From NCBI RefSeq assembly GCF_009914755.1, contig NC_060947.1: 64,000 nt of DNA, one strand, 5' to 3'. The position numbers and the translations under genes are program-made. The DNA is from the human T2T-CHM13v2.0 reference genome, Homo sapiens. Every line of letters begins with the position of its first letter. Position 1 is the stretch's first letter. The notes beneath the pieces were generated by a model. The model was not told where the DNA came from and did no database searches. It was given only the letters and a program-made list of their open reading frames with translations. Below are positions 30,047-43,892 of the stretch, piece by piece.

Positions 30047-30415
30047 TATATTAATCTGTTTTCACGCTGCTAATAAAGATATATCCAAGACTGGACAATT
30101 TACAAAAGAAACAGATTTAATGGACTTACAGTTTCATATGACTGGGGAGGCCTCACAATCATGGCAGAAGGCAAGGAGGAGCAAAGCACGTCTTACATGC
30201 GTGGCAGCAGGCAAAGAGAGAGCCTGTGCAGGGAAACTCCCATTTGTAAAACCATCAGATCTCATGAGGCTCATTCACTATCATGAGAACAGCACAGAAA
30301 AGACCCACCCCCATAATTCAATAACCTCCCACCAGGTTCCTCCCACTACACATGGGAATTGTGGGAGTTACAATTCAAAATGAGATTTGTAAGGGGACAC
30401 AGCCAAACCATATCA
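30047..30415 (-). mobile_element. THE1B MaLR solo LTR
   Basis: Resembles the THE1B consensus; perfect 5-bp TSD gtctc at 30042-30046 and 30416-30420. Confidence 0.92.
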
Positions 30416-30865
30416 GTCTCCTACTGATGGACATTGAAATGGTTTTGAGTATTTTTACTGTTATTAGCAGGATTTAAATTACTGAAGTACCTTTCATTAT
30501 TTTTGTATTTTGGTATACATTACCAAATTTCTCTTAAAAATGCTTTATTTATTTGCTTGTTTTTCTTTCACAAGGGTCATTCTAACCTTCCAACAATCAT
30601 GCTTTCCTTTTTTTTTTGCAAAGAATACATCATAAGCATCTTTTCAGTTTAATAGGTATATATCTAGATACGAAATTTTGATGGGTGCTTAGCCATTCAT
30701 TGTATAGATATGAGATAATTTATTTAACCAATTACCTTTAGATAGATATTTAGATTGTTTCCACTTTTTCACTATTACCAACAGCACCAGAATGAGCATT
30801 CTTGTTCATACATATTTTTCCACTTGTTTAATTTTTTAGGATGAATGCCTTTTGATACATATTCT

Positions 30866-31181
30866 TTATTATGTACATATATATGTACATATTCATTTGA
30901 CAGACTCTCACTCTGTCACCCAGGCTAGAGTGCAGTGGCACGATCTCGATCTCACTGCAGCCTCAACCTCCCAGGCTCAAGTGATCCTCCCACTTTAACC
31001 TCCTGAGTAGTTGGGACTACAGGTGCGTGCCACCATGCTTGGCTATTTTTATTATTATTTTTTGTAGAGACAGGGTCTCACCATGTTGCCCTGGCTGGTC
31101 TCAAACTTCTGGGCTCAAGCAATCTGCCAGCCTCGGTCTCCCAAAGTGCTGGGATTACAGGCTTGAGCCACCAAGCCTGGA
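30866..31181 (-). mobile_element. AluJ-like
   Basis: ctcactgcagcctcaacctcccaggctcaagtgatcctcccac; tail degenerated to TA-rich sequence. Confidence 0.9.
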
Positions 31182-33359
31182 CCCCTTTATTTTATATTAA
31201 AATGTTTTATATTTGTTTAATGATTTCCTTGGCTTATAATCATTCATTTACATTACTACAGCCTCTGTAAAAACCTGTCAAAAAGGAAACAATAACATTG
31301 TTTTATGGCAGAAAATATTGGAAATATTGATAAATAATAAGCAAAATATTGTCACCCAGGGAAGCGTCATAGTGTTGTACCAGCTTCATTATAGGAGATG
31401 CTGAGCAAGACCTTTGGCCTTTATAATATTCTTTCCAGAAAATCATGAAGTTTGGTAGAATTATGACCTCCTTAGACCCTCAAGATTTACTTTTTAATAA
31501 AATGTGGGCCATCTTAAATTAGTTTATGCAGAATTCTTTTAAAAGATAAGCAAAAATGATTGGGAAGATTGTTTCCAATAAAATAACAACTGGAATGAAA
31601 TTAGAGTCAGATAATTTATAAAAGAATTATATTAGGTTCATTTCTCTAATTGTTAAAATGCATTGGATTAATTGAATTTCTGCTGTAACGTTTCTTCTTT
31701 ATTAGATCAGAATTGACCAGAATTCATAGAAGTAGACAATAATAAGAATACTTTCATTAGCAAAAGACAAAAATATACTTGTAATTATCAAGGACAAGTT
31801 AGAATATTTTGTTTTGGTGAATATCTAGTTAAGATAATTTTTAAAAATTACTTTGTGTATAAATAGCATCAAAGCTTAATAAGGAAAGGGCTTTTCAAAA
31901 GTCTTTTTAGTTTTAATTAACTTATGCTTGCATTGAAGTCTAGCTACATTGTGGGTTTAGTAGAGTGGAACTATTTTTGAATATCTGCCTGCTAGTTGCA
32001 TGGTCATATTGACTTTCTGTGGTCCCTTAAGATATCCTCTTTGCTGTCTCTTCGCTGCTCAGGGCCCATTTTAAAGCCTCATCTGTTCAAATTAGAATAA
32101 CATGTTCCATGACATCTTTTACACAGGCAAAATTTATCTAATCTTCTTTTTCTGGCTTCCTCAGAGATTCCATTAGCATTTTTCACTAATTAGCAGTAGA
32201 TGGGGTTAAGTTAATCAGATAAATTAATTTCTGCTACAGTCTTAAGGAGTTAGTGAGTTGTCCCACCCAAGAAGATAAGGATTGCCTCAACCAAACTAAA
32301 ATGTACTAATATAGGTGAAAAGTACTTCTTCAAAGTGTGAAATTTAAGACAAAGAGAAGGTATTTCTAGGACCTCTATTGCTTCTCCCATCATACTACTG
32401 TTATTGTTTATAACAGAGCCTGTTTTAAAACTGGATCTGTTCAGTTATTGGGGATCCTTCATTGCTGGTCCTGTCTCTTAGCCCAGTGAATCTATCATAA
32501 TCTTAGCAGGGAAATTTGTGGTCTGCTATACATAAGGTGAGCAGTTCCAATTTGCTCTTATTATTGCAAAATAATTATTTAATATGTCTATATAGATCTG
32601 GAGAATGTATTAAATTTATGATCAGGTGGAATCTTGACTGGGTTTAAATACTGATAGCCAACAAAGACACTCATTTTCTAGAAATGTTTGAATATTGTAC
32701 AAATACATTCTGGTTCTCCTTTTGGGAAATTACAACACTTTTGTGAAAACCATACTTTACATTTCCATGGGACTTGACAGTATATTGTATTTTCATAAGC
32801 ATTCTTTAATTTGAAGTTCACAATAGGTCAGTGAGTCAGACAAAACACAAACTCTCATTCCCACATAACAGATAGAAACACTGAATTGATTTGTCCAAGT
32901 CTTCCCAGCCATTTATTGGTAAAACTTATGTCCTCTGTCCATTCAGTGTCATTCAACATGTTAAGTGACCAGCAGATGTGAGATTATTACATTCTGATAC
33001 ATAAAGAGTTTCTCAAGGGAGGATGCTTGATTTCATTTCCTCTCCCTTTTCTACATCCAAAGGAAGAAAGTTCTTGGTAAGAATCATGGCAAACCAAGTT
33101 TTTACAGTCATATCTATTGGGTAAATTTTTAAAAAATCAACTAGTTATCCTGATTCTTTTGATACCACATATTCAGAGATTTGGGAATATATAAATTATC
33201 GATTTACTTTCATCCATTTTAACCTAAAATAGATTCTGCATTTGTCTAAGACCTCTGCACAGTCACTTTGAAGTGGAGATGTTTCAAGGATTAATCTGTG
33301 AGGTGTTACTTTAGTCTACAAACATTTGTTGAACAGCTTCTGGTAGCAAGAAAATAAAA

Positions 33360-33700
33360 CAATGTAATGGGGCAGAAAATGATGGGGCTGGGTACAGGAT
33401 TGGAGGTTATTTTAGGTAGGATGGATTGGGATGGTCTCTTGGAAAAAATGATATTTTACCCGAGCTCTGAGTGATGCAAAGTGAGGACAGTATTACAAGC
33501 AGGTGGAAGAGCAAGCACAAAGGCTCTGAGGCAAAGGCCAGTTTGGTGTGTTCATGAAACAGAAGGGCAGTGTGACTGGAGCATAAAGGGCAAGGAAAGA
33601 ATGGTGTGATATAGAGTCAGAGAAGGGAGGTAGTGGACAGATTACGTAGGGACATATTTGGGTCTTATTTCAAGTGCAATAGAAAGTCACTGCATGATTT
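33360..33700 (-). mobile_element. L2 LINE fragment
   Basis: gagcaagcacaaaggctctgaggc...cagtgtgactggagc...aagtgcaatagaaagtcactgcatgattttaa. Confidence 0.75.
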
Positions 33701-34100
33701 TAAAGGAGTGTTTTGGGAGGGAAAATATTATTTGGAAATTATTTGCCCTTATCACCCTTTTGTCTTAAATGAAAAGAAACTTCCTAATTCTTGTGGAGTT
33801 AGAGTTAGGGTTTAGGATGTAGAATGTGGTGCCACCATAAACTTGGCCTACTTGACCCTAGGTACCTACTTCTCTACCAACACCGATATTGGTGATCCTA
33901 GCTTAATTTTCCCTGCATATAGGGCATTTCTCAATGTATGTTTCTGAAATGTCTAAGGTCACTCTGGTGGACTTTTTTTAGTAGTATGATTATCTCCTGG
34001 AAGTAAGCACAGTGAATCCTTATCTTTGGAGTAGAGGAGGGTACACTCAGTGAGGAGTAGGAAGGGAGTGTTAGTAGCTACTTTATTCTTTGGTTCTAAA

Positions 34101-34210
34101 TATAGGTATATATACACACATCATATATATATATATATGTATATACATGCATCATATATATGTATATATGTATTTATGTATATACACGCACACATATATA
34201 TATATATATG
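34101..34210. repeat. (TA)n/(TATG)n low-complexity microsatellite
   Basis: Directly visible. Confidence 0.9.
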
Positions 34211-34563
34211 TTCTTTGTGAAAGAATTCTGTGAACACATTTTTAGCCTATCAGACACAATTGTATGCATAATGTAATTTTAACTCCTAACCACATTACTC
34301 AAAGAGTTTCTATTAAGCCTGTACCTTAACTTTAAGTTTAAATTTCACTAGTTCAAAAACTCTTTTACCAAAAGGATGAAAGTGTCTAAATATCAGTTAT
34401 AATGGACAAAATGTTTCTTTGACTATCTTGAGATAAAAAGGTACCCTTCTCTACCATAAAGACAACATTTCTCCTTTCACATTCTTTAAAGATTTGCTTT
34501 GTAGAACATGAAACCTTTTTCATCCTAGAATCTAATGCCTAAGAGGTATTGAAATTTAAGAGA

Positions 34564-34597
34564 CACACACATGCACATATGCATACACACACACACA

Positions 34598-34628
<31 letters not shown>
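34564..34628. repeat. (CA)n microsatellite
   Basis: Directly visible. Confidence 0.95.
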
Positions 34629-34630
<2 letters not shown>

Positions 34631-35734
34631 CTTTCTAAGTGCTTTCAAATTGCTTTCTTCTTTGGATTCCGATCATTAGCGAGGGGCACAGAAAAAGTCT
34701 CGGATGGCCAGAGGGAAATGCAATACTTTAGAAGAAAGGATTCACTTTGGGCTTAACTCTCTAGTTTGGTCTAATTTTATTTGACATTTTTGTCCATCAC
34801 AGTATGAGAGTCCTTTTTTTTTTTTTTTTTTTTCCAAGAATGAAAGAACAGTTTGTTTCTTCAAGGCTGCTGCTCTTTTCTTTGCTGTTCAAAAGGAAAC
34901 TAAAGTTTCCTTTTTATTCTTCTTTTTTCTTAGCCTCCAAGTGTTAGGCTTACCAAGGGTGGAGATTGATAGCCGTAGGAGTTTAAGAAATGTCTTTAAT
35001 TCACAAACTGCTCTGTAGTTGCGGTTGTTCAACCTTAGTGATGAGCTAGAGTTAATGCTTCTCTCATTTTTTTTTATGTGGGTAAAGAAATTACTCACGG
35101 ATTTGCCATCTTCTACTTCAAGGATATTTTAGTTCAGATGGATAGGATATATTGGTGAGGAGGGAAGAAGAGAAGGCATGCCTCTTAAAGAATCAATAAT
35201 CCTTTCTTCTAGAAGCCTGGAGAGAGAGAGATCTCTGTAGTCAGACCATAGCTATTTGTGAAATGATGAAAAGAGATTGAACAGTTGCTGAGTGCTGCTA
35301 GGTGCCGAACACTATTCTAGACATTTTACATATGCTGCATCATTCTCACAACAATTTTATAAATTAGATAGTACTATCTTCCATTAACCGAGACTTAAAT
35401 AATTTCGGTAATTTAATCAGCATTATACTGTTAGTGAGTTTCAGACCTTGAATTTTAACACTAGTCTGCTCATTCTCTTTTCCACAGAATTAATACTTTC
35501 TTTTTCAGGGATGGTTAAAAATGCAGCAACTAGCAGGCCTGTACATTATGTCATTTCTAATTACCAGTGTCTATATTTGGTAATAGGGAACATTAAACAT
35601 ACTAGGTAAAATGTTAAATGTTGCACTTTCACACTAAATTGGTACCTAGTTGAAGTGATGGACTTCTTTTCACCTAGAATTAGGTATTAGGTATCAGGGT
35701 GGGGTTAGATCACAGAAACAACAGTGGTTATGAC

Positions 35735-36200
35735 ATTCATTCATTCATTCATTCAGCTAGTCAGCACTCCACTATGTACCGGGAATGTGGAGATTAGCCA
35801 AACAGAAATGGCCCCTACTCTCATTTAGTTAAAGTCTCCTAGGGATAAGACAATAATAAAATAACCATACATTGTGATAAGTGCTATGAAAAAGAGTTGC
35901 ATGGCATAATAAAAACATAAAATAGGGGGGAAGTTCTTAAGGAAGTCCAGAAATGTTTCCCTGAGGAAGTGACATTTGAACCTGAGGAAAGGGTAGGCAA
36001 AGAAAGGTGTTACTATATAGAAGTGAACAGGATCTGGGGGTCAATATTCTAGGCAGAGAAAATAGCTTATGTGTAGAGATTCAGATAGAGCATGAAGAGA
36101 GATGACATGTAGATGGGCACAGAGGCCACACTACGGAGGGCTATATAGGCCACAATACAAATTTAGATCTTTATCCTGAGAACAATGGGAAGTCTTTGGA
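35735..36200 (-). mobile_element. L2 LINE 3' end
   Basis: (CATT)n tail followed by ttccctgaggaagtgacatttgaacctgagg, an antisense L2 motif. Confidence 0.8.
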
Positions 36201-36575
36201 GTCTATGAGTCTATTAGAAAGTAATAAAAGAAGAGCTGCTCAAACAATGAAACGTATATTACTTTTGGACTTCAGATGGACATACAGATACCTCACAGGT
36301 AGAACGGCATGATATCACCCAGGATTACTTAAGGGGAGCATACTTTTTCAAGTCTATCCTTACATGCATGTTGAAAATAACAGGATTTTTTTTAGCATTT
36401 TTGAGACAGTACGTGATTTACTGAATCTGTAAAAGCGTGGTTGACAGTGGGGAAATGTGTGATTGATAGTCTCATTATATTTTCCAGTGAAGCCCATTGA
36501 ATCTAGGTGACATGTAAGTAAAATATAAGTAAGTGGTACAACATTCCATTAGGAAGAAAAGAATAAACTCAACCT

Positions 36576-36885
<310 letters not shown>

Positions 36886-37049
36886 AAAAGAGTAAATTCA
36901 ACCAAATGACAGCAAAGTGAGCCCAGTGAACTGTCTCATATGTTATCTAAACATCATATTATAGCTAAATCAACAATCATTGATGGTATAGTTTCCATTC
37001 TTGACTACTATTCATACAGAATAAAAAACTGCCATATGCCATTACAGTA

Positions 37050-37350
37050 TTTTTAATTTAATTTAATTTAACTTAATTTATTTTTAGTTACCGATTTTTG
37101 TTTAATTTTTGTGGGCTCATAGTAGCTGTACATGAGACCCTACTCTTACAAAGACATTTCAAACAATCCAATTGCACCCTGTAAGTTATTTTAAAATGTA
37201 CAATTAAGTTATTATTGACTATAGTCATGCTGTTGTGCTATCAATAGTAGGTCTTATACATTCTTTCTATTTTTTTTGTACCTACTGACCATTCCCACCT
37301 ACCCCCTGACCCTCCCATAACCCTTAGCAGCTGCTAGAAACTATCCCTCT
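37050..37350 (-). mobile_element. L1MA-type 3' end
   Basis: gttattttaaaatgtacaattaagttattattgactatagtcatgctgttgtgctatcaatagtaggtcttat. Confidence 0.8.
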
Positions 37351-37439
37351 AATCATTGGAGTAAATTGAAATTTCAGACAATGAAACAGTAGAGATGGAA
37401 AATAGCATTTGTCAGCTAGTTTATCTAGGCATATAGTGA

Positions 37440-37680
37440 GCTATGTAGCATAACAGTTGAGTTTGAAGACTCTGGAACCAATTGTTTAGATTTGAGTTGT
37501 GGCTTTCTTGCCATGAGACCTTCATAAGTTACTTTACTTCTCTGTGCATCAGTTTCCTTCCTTGTAAAATAGGATTTACCTCATAGTGTTATTGTGAGGA
37601 TGAAATTAATTAACAAAGATAAAACATTTAGAATAATGCTTGACACACAGTAAACACTAAGTATAACTATTATTATTTGA
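37440..37680 (+). mobile_element. MIR SINE
   Basis: ctctgtgcatcagtttccttccttgtaaaatagg...cctcatagtgttattgtgaggatgaaatt. Confidence 0.8.
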
Positions 37681-38418
37681 ATTTAAGGTATAGTCTAAGA
37701 TTATCTAAAACATGAAATAACTGAGCTACTGAACTGTGTGACTTTTGTTTCATTTTGAGAGGCTTTGTGTGAATGCAAGTTGTGTTTCTTAGTATTTCAT
37801 ATGATAAGATGTTCAGAAGCAGTAAAAGATATTTTGTCTCATTTTGTTGTCAGTTTTATCATATGACCTTAGAAAATACATTTATGTTGCTAGTTTGGAA
37901 CTTTCCTGTTTGTCACAATAAATTGAATTTTTCAATTATTTGATATTCTTTTACAAGACTGTGGTGTTAACTTTCTTTTTTAAATTTTACTCTGCCTTTG
38001 GAAATAAAAGGGCCTGAATGCATAATATATTTTGGTTATGCTTAGCTGGACAAATTGCCTGAATGCTGATTGACTTCATGAATATTAACATTCATATTCA
38101 ATAGATTTTTCTTCTTAAATAGGGACAGTTTGACTTTGTTACAATTTACTACAAATGAGGATCATTTGATGCTTATATCAGATATGAAACATTCTAATAT
38201 TGAAAGGAGAAGGGCTAGCGAATTTGACATGAGGGAATAATATCAATAAAACCATCAAAGAATGACCACGTGAAGAGTCAGAAAATTATAATTTCGTAAA
38301 GAGGGAACATGTTGCTGCTGAGAAACAGTCTTGTCAATTGAAAGCATACCAGCCATTGATTATGTCTCTAATACTTTTTGGTTAACTGTTGCACAAAAAT
38401 GAACTTTATTATTTTCAG

Positions 38419-38585
38419 CCTAGAGGAACAGATTATCACTGCAGTTAGTGTCCTATTATGGCATGTGTGGTTTACTCGCCCTGAGAGGGGGTTGTATGCC
38501 AACCTGTGAGTCAGCTGTTCCTGGTCATGAGAACTGGAGGCACTAGAAGCAAACCACCTTACCTTGAATTACTTGGCTTGGGTTG
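38419..38585 (+). other. Candidate exon / regulatory element
   Basis: Acceptor tttattattttcAG|; donors CCT|GTGAGT (38505) and TTG|GTGAGT (38585); TGAGTCA AP-1 site at 38507-38513. Confidence 0.3.
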
Positions 38586-39149
38586 GTGAGTGAATTTTAG
38601 GGTTTTAAGTTGCTACTCCACACATGGTCAAAACCTCACATTATCAGAAATGCTGTTATAAATAATACTCATAACCAATATTCCTTGGTTTTGGAGAGGC
38701 TGATTACACAATCTATCTTTCAATTTTTAATCCTACCAAATTGGTGTGCTTTGAAATGAGTGTTTCTATTTTGCTTAGATACATAATCACTTAGATTCAT
38801 AATGAATCAGTTGCCTCCTTGGCAGTGGAACCAAGCCAATGGATCATATATGTGCTTTGTTGCAATCAGTTTTGTTACTGAGTGTTAATAAATAAGAAAT
38901 ACATTCCCAACGTTGATTTTACAGGATGAGCTTCAGTACATAAAAAGTGTTCAGGAAAGATTGAAAGGTTCCTTGCTAGTACTAGCAGTGGATACATTAG
39001 GCAGATTAAAATCCAGATGCCATTAAACAGCAGAGATAGTTTGATTTTATAAAGCATCTGCTCTTCTTTCTGCCCATAACTGCTATAGTCATTATAATGA
39101 TAGAATTACTGCTATTCCTAGTTCACAAAATGTTTTGACTTTTCTCTTT

Positions 39150-39700
39150 ACAAGTAGCTTTATTAAAATATAATTCACATGCCATACAATTTACCATTTT
39201 AAAGTGTATAGTTCAGTTATTTTTAGTATATTCACAGTTATACAAACATCCTTACTATTTCCAGTACATTTTCATCACCCCCAAAAGAAACCTGTACCTC
39301 TCAATTCTCCCTTCCACTATCCCCTTGCAACTACTAATATACTTTTTGCCTCTAAAGATTTGTCTATTTTGGACACATTATATAAATGGAATTATACAAC
39401 ATGTGGCCTTTTATGACTGGCTTCTTTCACTTAACATAATGTTTTCAAGGTTCATCCATATTATAGCATGTATCAATACTTCATTTTTTTATTGCTAAAT
39501 AATAAAATTGGTTGATGAGCATTGGGTTCTTTTTACCTTTTGGTTATTATGAATAATGCTGCTATAAACATTCATGTACACATTTTTGTGTGTACGTATT
39601 TTATTTCCTTTAGGGATATATGTACGAGTGGGAATTCCTGGCTTCCATGATAATTCCTGTTTAAAGTTTACTGGAGCTTACAGTTTTCCAATTTAAAAAA
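39150..39700 (-). mobile_element. L1MB-type 3' end
   Basis: agctttattaaaatataattcacatgccatacaatttaccattttaaagtgtatagttcag... Confidence 0.85.
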
Positions 39701-41197
39701 ATTTTCTAATAAGATCATTACAACAACTTGTTTAAGACTATGTGCCAATTAGTTATCATGCCCATTTTTATACACATGGTTTCTAGAATCTGGAGCCATG
39801 GTGTTACTTTCTCAAGTTAGGAGAGCTAATAAGTGGGCAAGCTGGGACTGTGAACCAAGGTTTCTGACCATCCAGTGTAAACTTTCAGATAAGTGCTCTC
39901 ATTATACCTAGAATGCCTTATTTTCTTTAATGAAAGTCAGATCCATTACCATCTAAGGTAATGTGTACAGAGCTTAAGATTCTAAGGGTCAGTTTTGCCA
40001 TTAACAAATTACTTCCAAGGCCCTTCCCAGCTCTGTCAGTACCCAAATCTCTGCCAAAACTTGACGACTGGGTAGCATGAGGTACTGAAAAGTGACAGAT
40101 CTGGGTTTAGGTATTAGATCCACTGTTTACTAGCCACCTTGGGGACACCGGTTTTCTAGTCTCAACTTCACAAATAATTTTCTGTGCAATTTGCCTAAAC
40201 TCAAACTCTCTGAGGCTCAGAACCCAGTCATTTATGTTTAAAATAGTCACCATACCTATATCACAAGGTTCTTGTAAAAGTCTAATGAAGTAAAGCATGC
40301 AATTTGTCTAGCACAGTGCTAAGCACAAAAAGTAGATTAGTAAAACTCTGTATATATGCTCAGGAAGAGATATATAGATCTACATATTCACACTTCTCAT
40401 TCCATCTCTTCCTCCAAACCTGGAGATTATCTACCATATCAATATATGCTTAAAACCATTTTGGAAATGAAATAAATATTGAAATTGGTTAATTTGGCAA
40501 TTAGCAATGCAGAATGTTTTCAGTAAAGATGAAATGCTCTTTCCCATAAAAAAGACAAGCTAATTGATAATAACTTGTTTGCTAACTTACATCCCTCTTA
40601 GTCCTGTACCAAGTACTTTACCGTCTCTTGCCTATATACTTAGGTCTCTCCAATTTACAGCTCAGAAGCAACCGCTAAATCAAACACTTTCAGCATCTTG
40701 AAAGGACCACCTTTTTAAAAGCTCATTTTCTTTGAACATGTGCAATAGCAGCAAAGCTAGTTGTTAATAACGATTTTAAGCCAAGTGATCACAACAGGAT
40801 CTCTATGCAGATACAAACTGAGGCACTATATCAATGATAGCAGATTATGTAGCTTTATCTTCTATCACATTTTATAACACTTGCTACATTAAAGATATAT
40901 TCATAATGACTCTGGAGCAAGTTGAAAAGCAAACAAAATTTTTTTTTCTGTGTTTATTATATGACTTCACCTATACCTTCCAGAAGCATTTTGCTTATTG
41001 GTATGATTTTCCATACATTTGGAGGTGTGGATATCCATTTATGCACAAAGTTACTTATGTTTACATAAAACTTGAGACTAATTAAAATACAAAGTTATTA
41101 GAATAAATACAAATAGTATGAATAAGTGCAAGTCCATTTACTGGAGGCCTACATTTGACAGCGAGTGTTCTTAGTTCTATATATACAGTATTGTATA

Positions 41198-41525
41198 CAG
41201 TTTCCTCTCATCTGCATTTTCACTTTCTTCAGCTTCAGGTTCCAGCGGTCAACTGTGGTCCAAAAATAGGCAAGTACAGCACAATAAGATTTTTTGAGAG
41301 AGTGACCATATTCAAATAACTTTTATTACAGTATATTGCTATAATTGTTCTATTTTATTATTAATTATTAATCTCTTACTATGTCTAATTGACAAATTAA
41401 ATTTTATCATGTATATGAATGTGTAGAAAAAAGCATAGTATATATAGGGTTCAGTACTTTCTGCAGTTTCAGGCATCCACTAGTGGTTTTGGAACATATC
41501 CCCTATGAATAAAGTTGTCTACTCT
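41198..41525 (-). mobile_element. MER44A-like (Tigger7-derived) DNA transposon
   Basis: tatatagggttcagtactttctgcagtttcaggcatccactagtggttttggaacatatcccc is the reverse complement of the MER44 start. Confidence 0.8.
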
Positions 41526-42639
41526 CTATACATTTAAAACAGTGCACTGACATTTTGAAATGAGTATTTTCTGGTTTCATTCACGTTCGAATTTCTGTGT
41601 GTTGCTGCAAAGGTTTCACACTGGAATCATGAACTTTTCAGAATTTCAGACCAAATTTAAACATACATTTTTAAAATGAGGTCAGTTTGCCTATCTTTAT
41701 TCTTTGGCTTAGCTGTTCACATCTGAATACAAAAAGTGAAGGCATTTCAATACTTCTAACTTCTCTCAGAAATAAATTATTACACAGACTCAAAAATCAG
41801 CTCCCTATTTCCAAAATGGGTGGAATATTTTATAAAGAAAGGTTATCAAAATGTTTTATGACAATTCTTTTTTTCTGCTGGGTTTATCAATTTGAAACCA
41901 GAATGTGTTAGGGAAAGCGTGCTTTTCTCCTCTTATTCAGATAGGTGTAAAATGTTATCATCATAGGACTGCCTGAGGCAGTGGTGATAGGGCACCAGCC
42001 AGTCGCTACATTTTAGGGTAAATCACATTTTCTTCTCCATAACCCTGTGGGCTTGATTAGAAACACTCTTCAAATGTGGGAAGAATCAAACTCCACAGTT
42101 CTCATGAGAACAAATGATACAATATCCTAATCCTCAACAAAGGAAGCTTCGAAAAATCTCCTCACCCTGTTACAATCTGGCCCCTTTTAGTTTAGTTTCA
42201 ATTATTCAGAATAACAATCACCGATACCACTTATTTTAAGATATCTTCAGCTCTAATAAAATTCCATAATTTCTATTGAGTGATATATTGTTAGAAGTGT
42301 TCAGAATATTTATGACATTAGAATCTAATGTGTAAATGAAGTAGACAGAGAAATAATTAAGGCTGATTCTCAATTTCTCTTAAGAGTATTAAGTAGAAAA
42401 AAAATTTTTACTACTAAATGGCAGAAAAAAACAATGTTTAGAATGAAATTAAATCAATGAAAAAGGGCAGAATGAGGGTTATTTTAATGACATTATTTGA
42501 TTCTAACTGCGCTTTAGCTTTCATAAACATGGTCTCCGCCTTACACAGCCTCACTTTTCCTTTCAGTCTGTTTTCCCAATGTGTTCACCCGCAGCTTTTA
42601 TACAGCAAACCTATTTTCTCATTAAATGTGTGACTTGAA

Positions 42640-42730
42640 TCGCTGACTCAGACAATAGTACCGGAAGTAAATTATCTGGATAAATGTTCAGATTAAACAC
42701 TGATTTGAGGGCTGTCAACTGCATGCATGT
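42640..42730. promoter_or_regulatory. Compact enhancer-like motif cluster (AP-1, SOX, ETS, FOX)
   Basis: TGACTCA 42644-42650, ACAATAG 42652-42658, ACCGGAAGT 42660-42668, TAAACA near 42694, all in non-repeat DNA. Confidence 0.45.
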
Positions 42731-43749
42731 ATAATTTCCTCCCTGAGGACTCAAGTGTTAATTCCCTTTATTATTATTAGTCCTTTGAGTGCTCAGTGGG
42801 AAACTAAATTTAATTCCAGATACGCATTAGGCCTCTATTTCTCATTTGTTTTCTTACTTTTAATAAAAGTTTATTAGCTTTCACTTTTTCTTAAGAAAAG
42901 TGAAAAAGTCATGTTCACATGACCATTTTTAATCTCAAAAAGAAAAATATTTTTCAATGCCATTGCCATTACTGTTTTGCTCTACTCCCTGAACTAATGA
43001 AATTTAATGTTCTAAAATGTCATATAAATTCATAGGTCCTTTGGATGCTAATGCATAGAATAATTCTGTACCTTTCCTTAAGGACAAATTATTTATTTCT
43101 TACTTAAGTAACAGTGATGTAGAGTCAAGAAATCACCCCTTAGATTAAATTTAACATATTTTATTATTGATGACTTTAAAATTAGTTGATTTGTGATAAT
43201 AAATGTCCACCTTAAAGCAAAAATTGACATGGATTTAAGGTACAAATAAAACTAAAATGCCAATGGGTAGTGTGTTGTAGCAGAAAACCAGAATAAGGAA
43301 ATCTAAGTGACTTTAGGCAAAGCATTTTACATTCCTAGATTTCTGTTTCCTAATCTGCAAAATCAAGGATCTGGATTAGATGATGGATTTCTAAGGTACT
43401 TCTGGCCATGACATTCTAAGCAATATAACAAAAGTATACTGTGGCTATGAGATAGCAAAACTGGCTAGTTCCAAAGAATTTGATTATTTTTATTATTGTA
43501 GCTATGAGTCTAATATCTTGCTCTTTTAATATGAAGTATGTTAAGGGAAATTAGATTATTTGTTACTGATAAATACGGCTTGTTACAATTTTAAAAAACA
43601 GTATTATTCCACTTACTTTCAGCAGTATCAAATCTCTAGAATAGAATTACAAGCGGCTAGAAAATGGCCTCCCTACACTTTACTCTTCAAAGGAGAAACT
43701 GTGCTCTCATGAACCTACTTTTAAAAAATATTTCTTCTCTTTATACATT

Positions 43750-43854
43750 CCCCTAACTTTTTAATTTGAAAAAATCCAAACCTGCAGAAAAGTTGAAAGA
43801 ATAGAACAAGTATCCACATTATCTCTCTCACCTAGATTCACCAGTTGCTAACAG

Positions 43855-43892
<38 letters not shown>

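Noticed and set aside
29979-30383. 134-aa ORF, and the similar 95-aa ORF at 22833-23120
   Set aside because: Translations of THE1 LTRs; their mutual similarity is explained by the repeat family.
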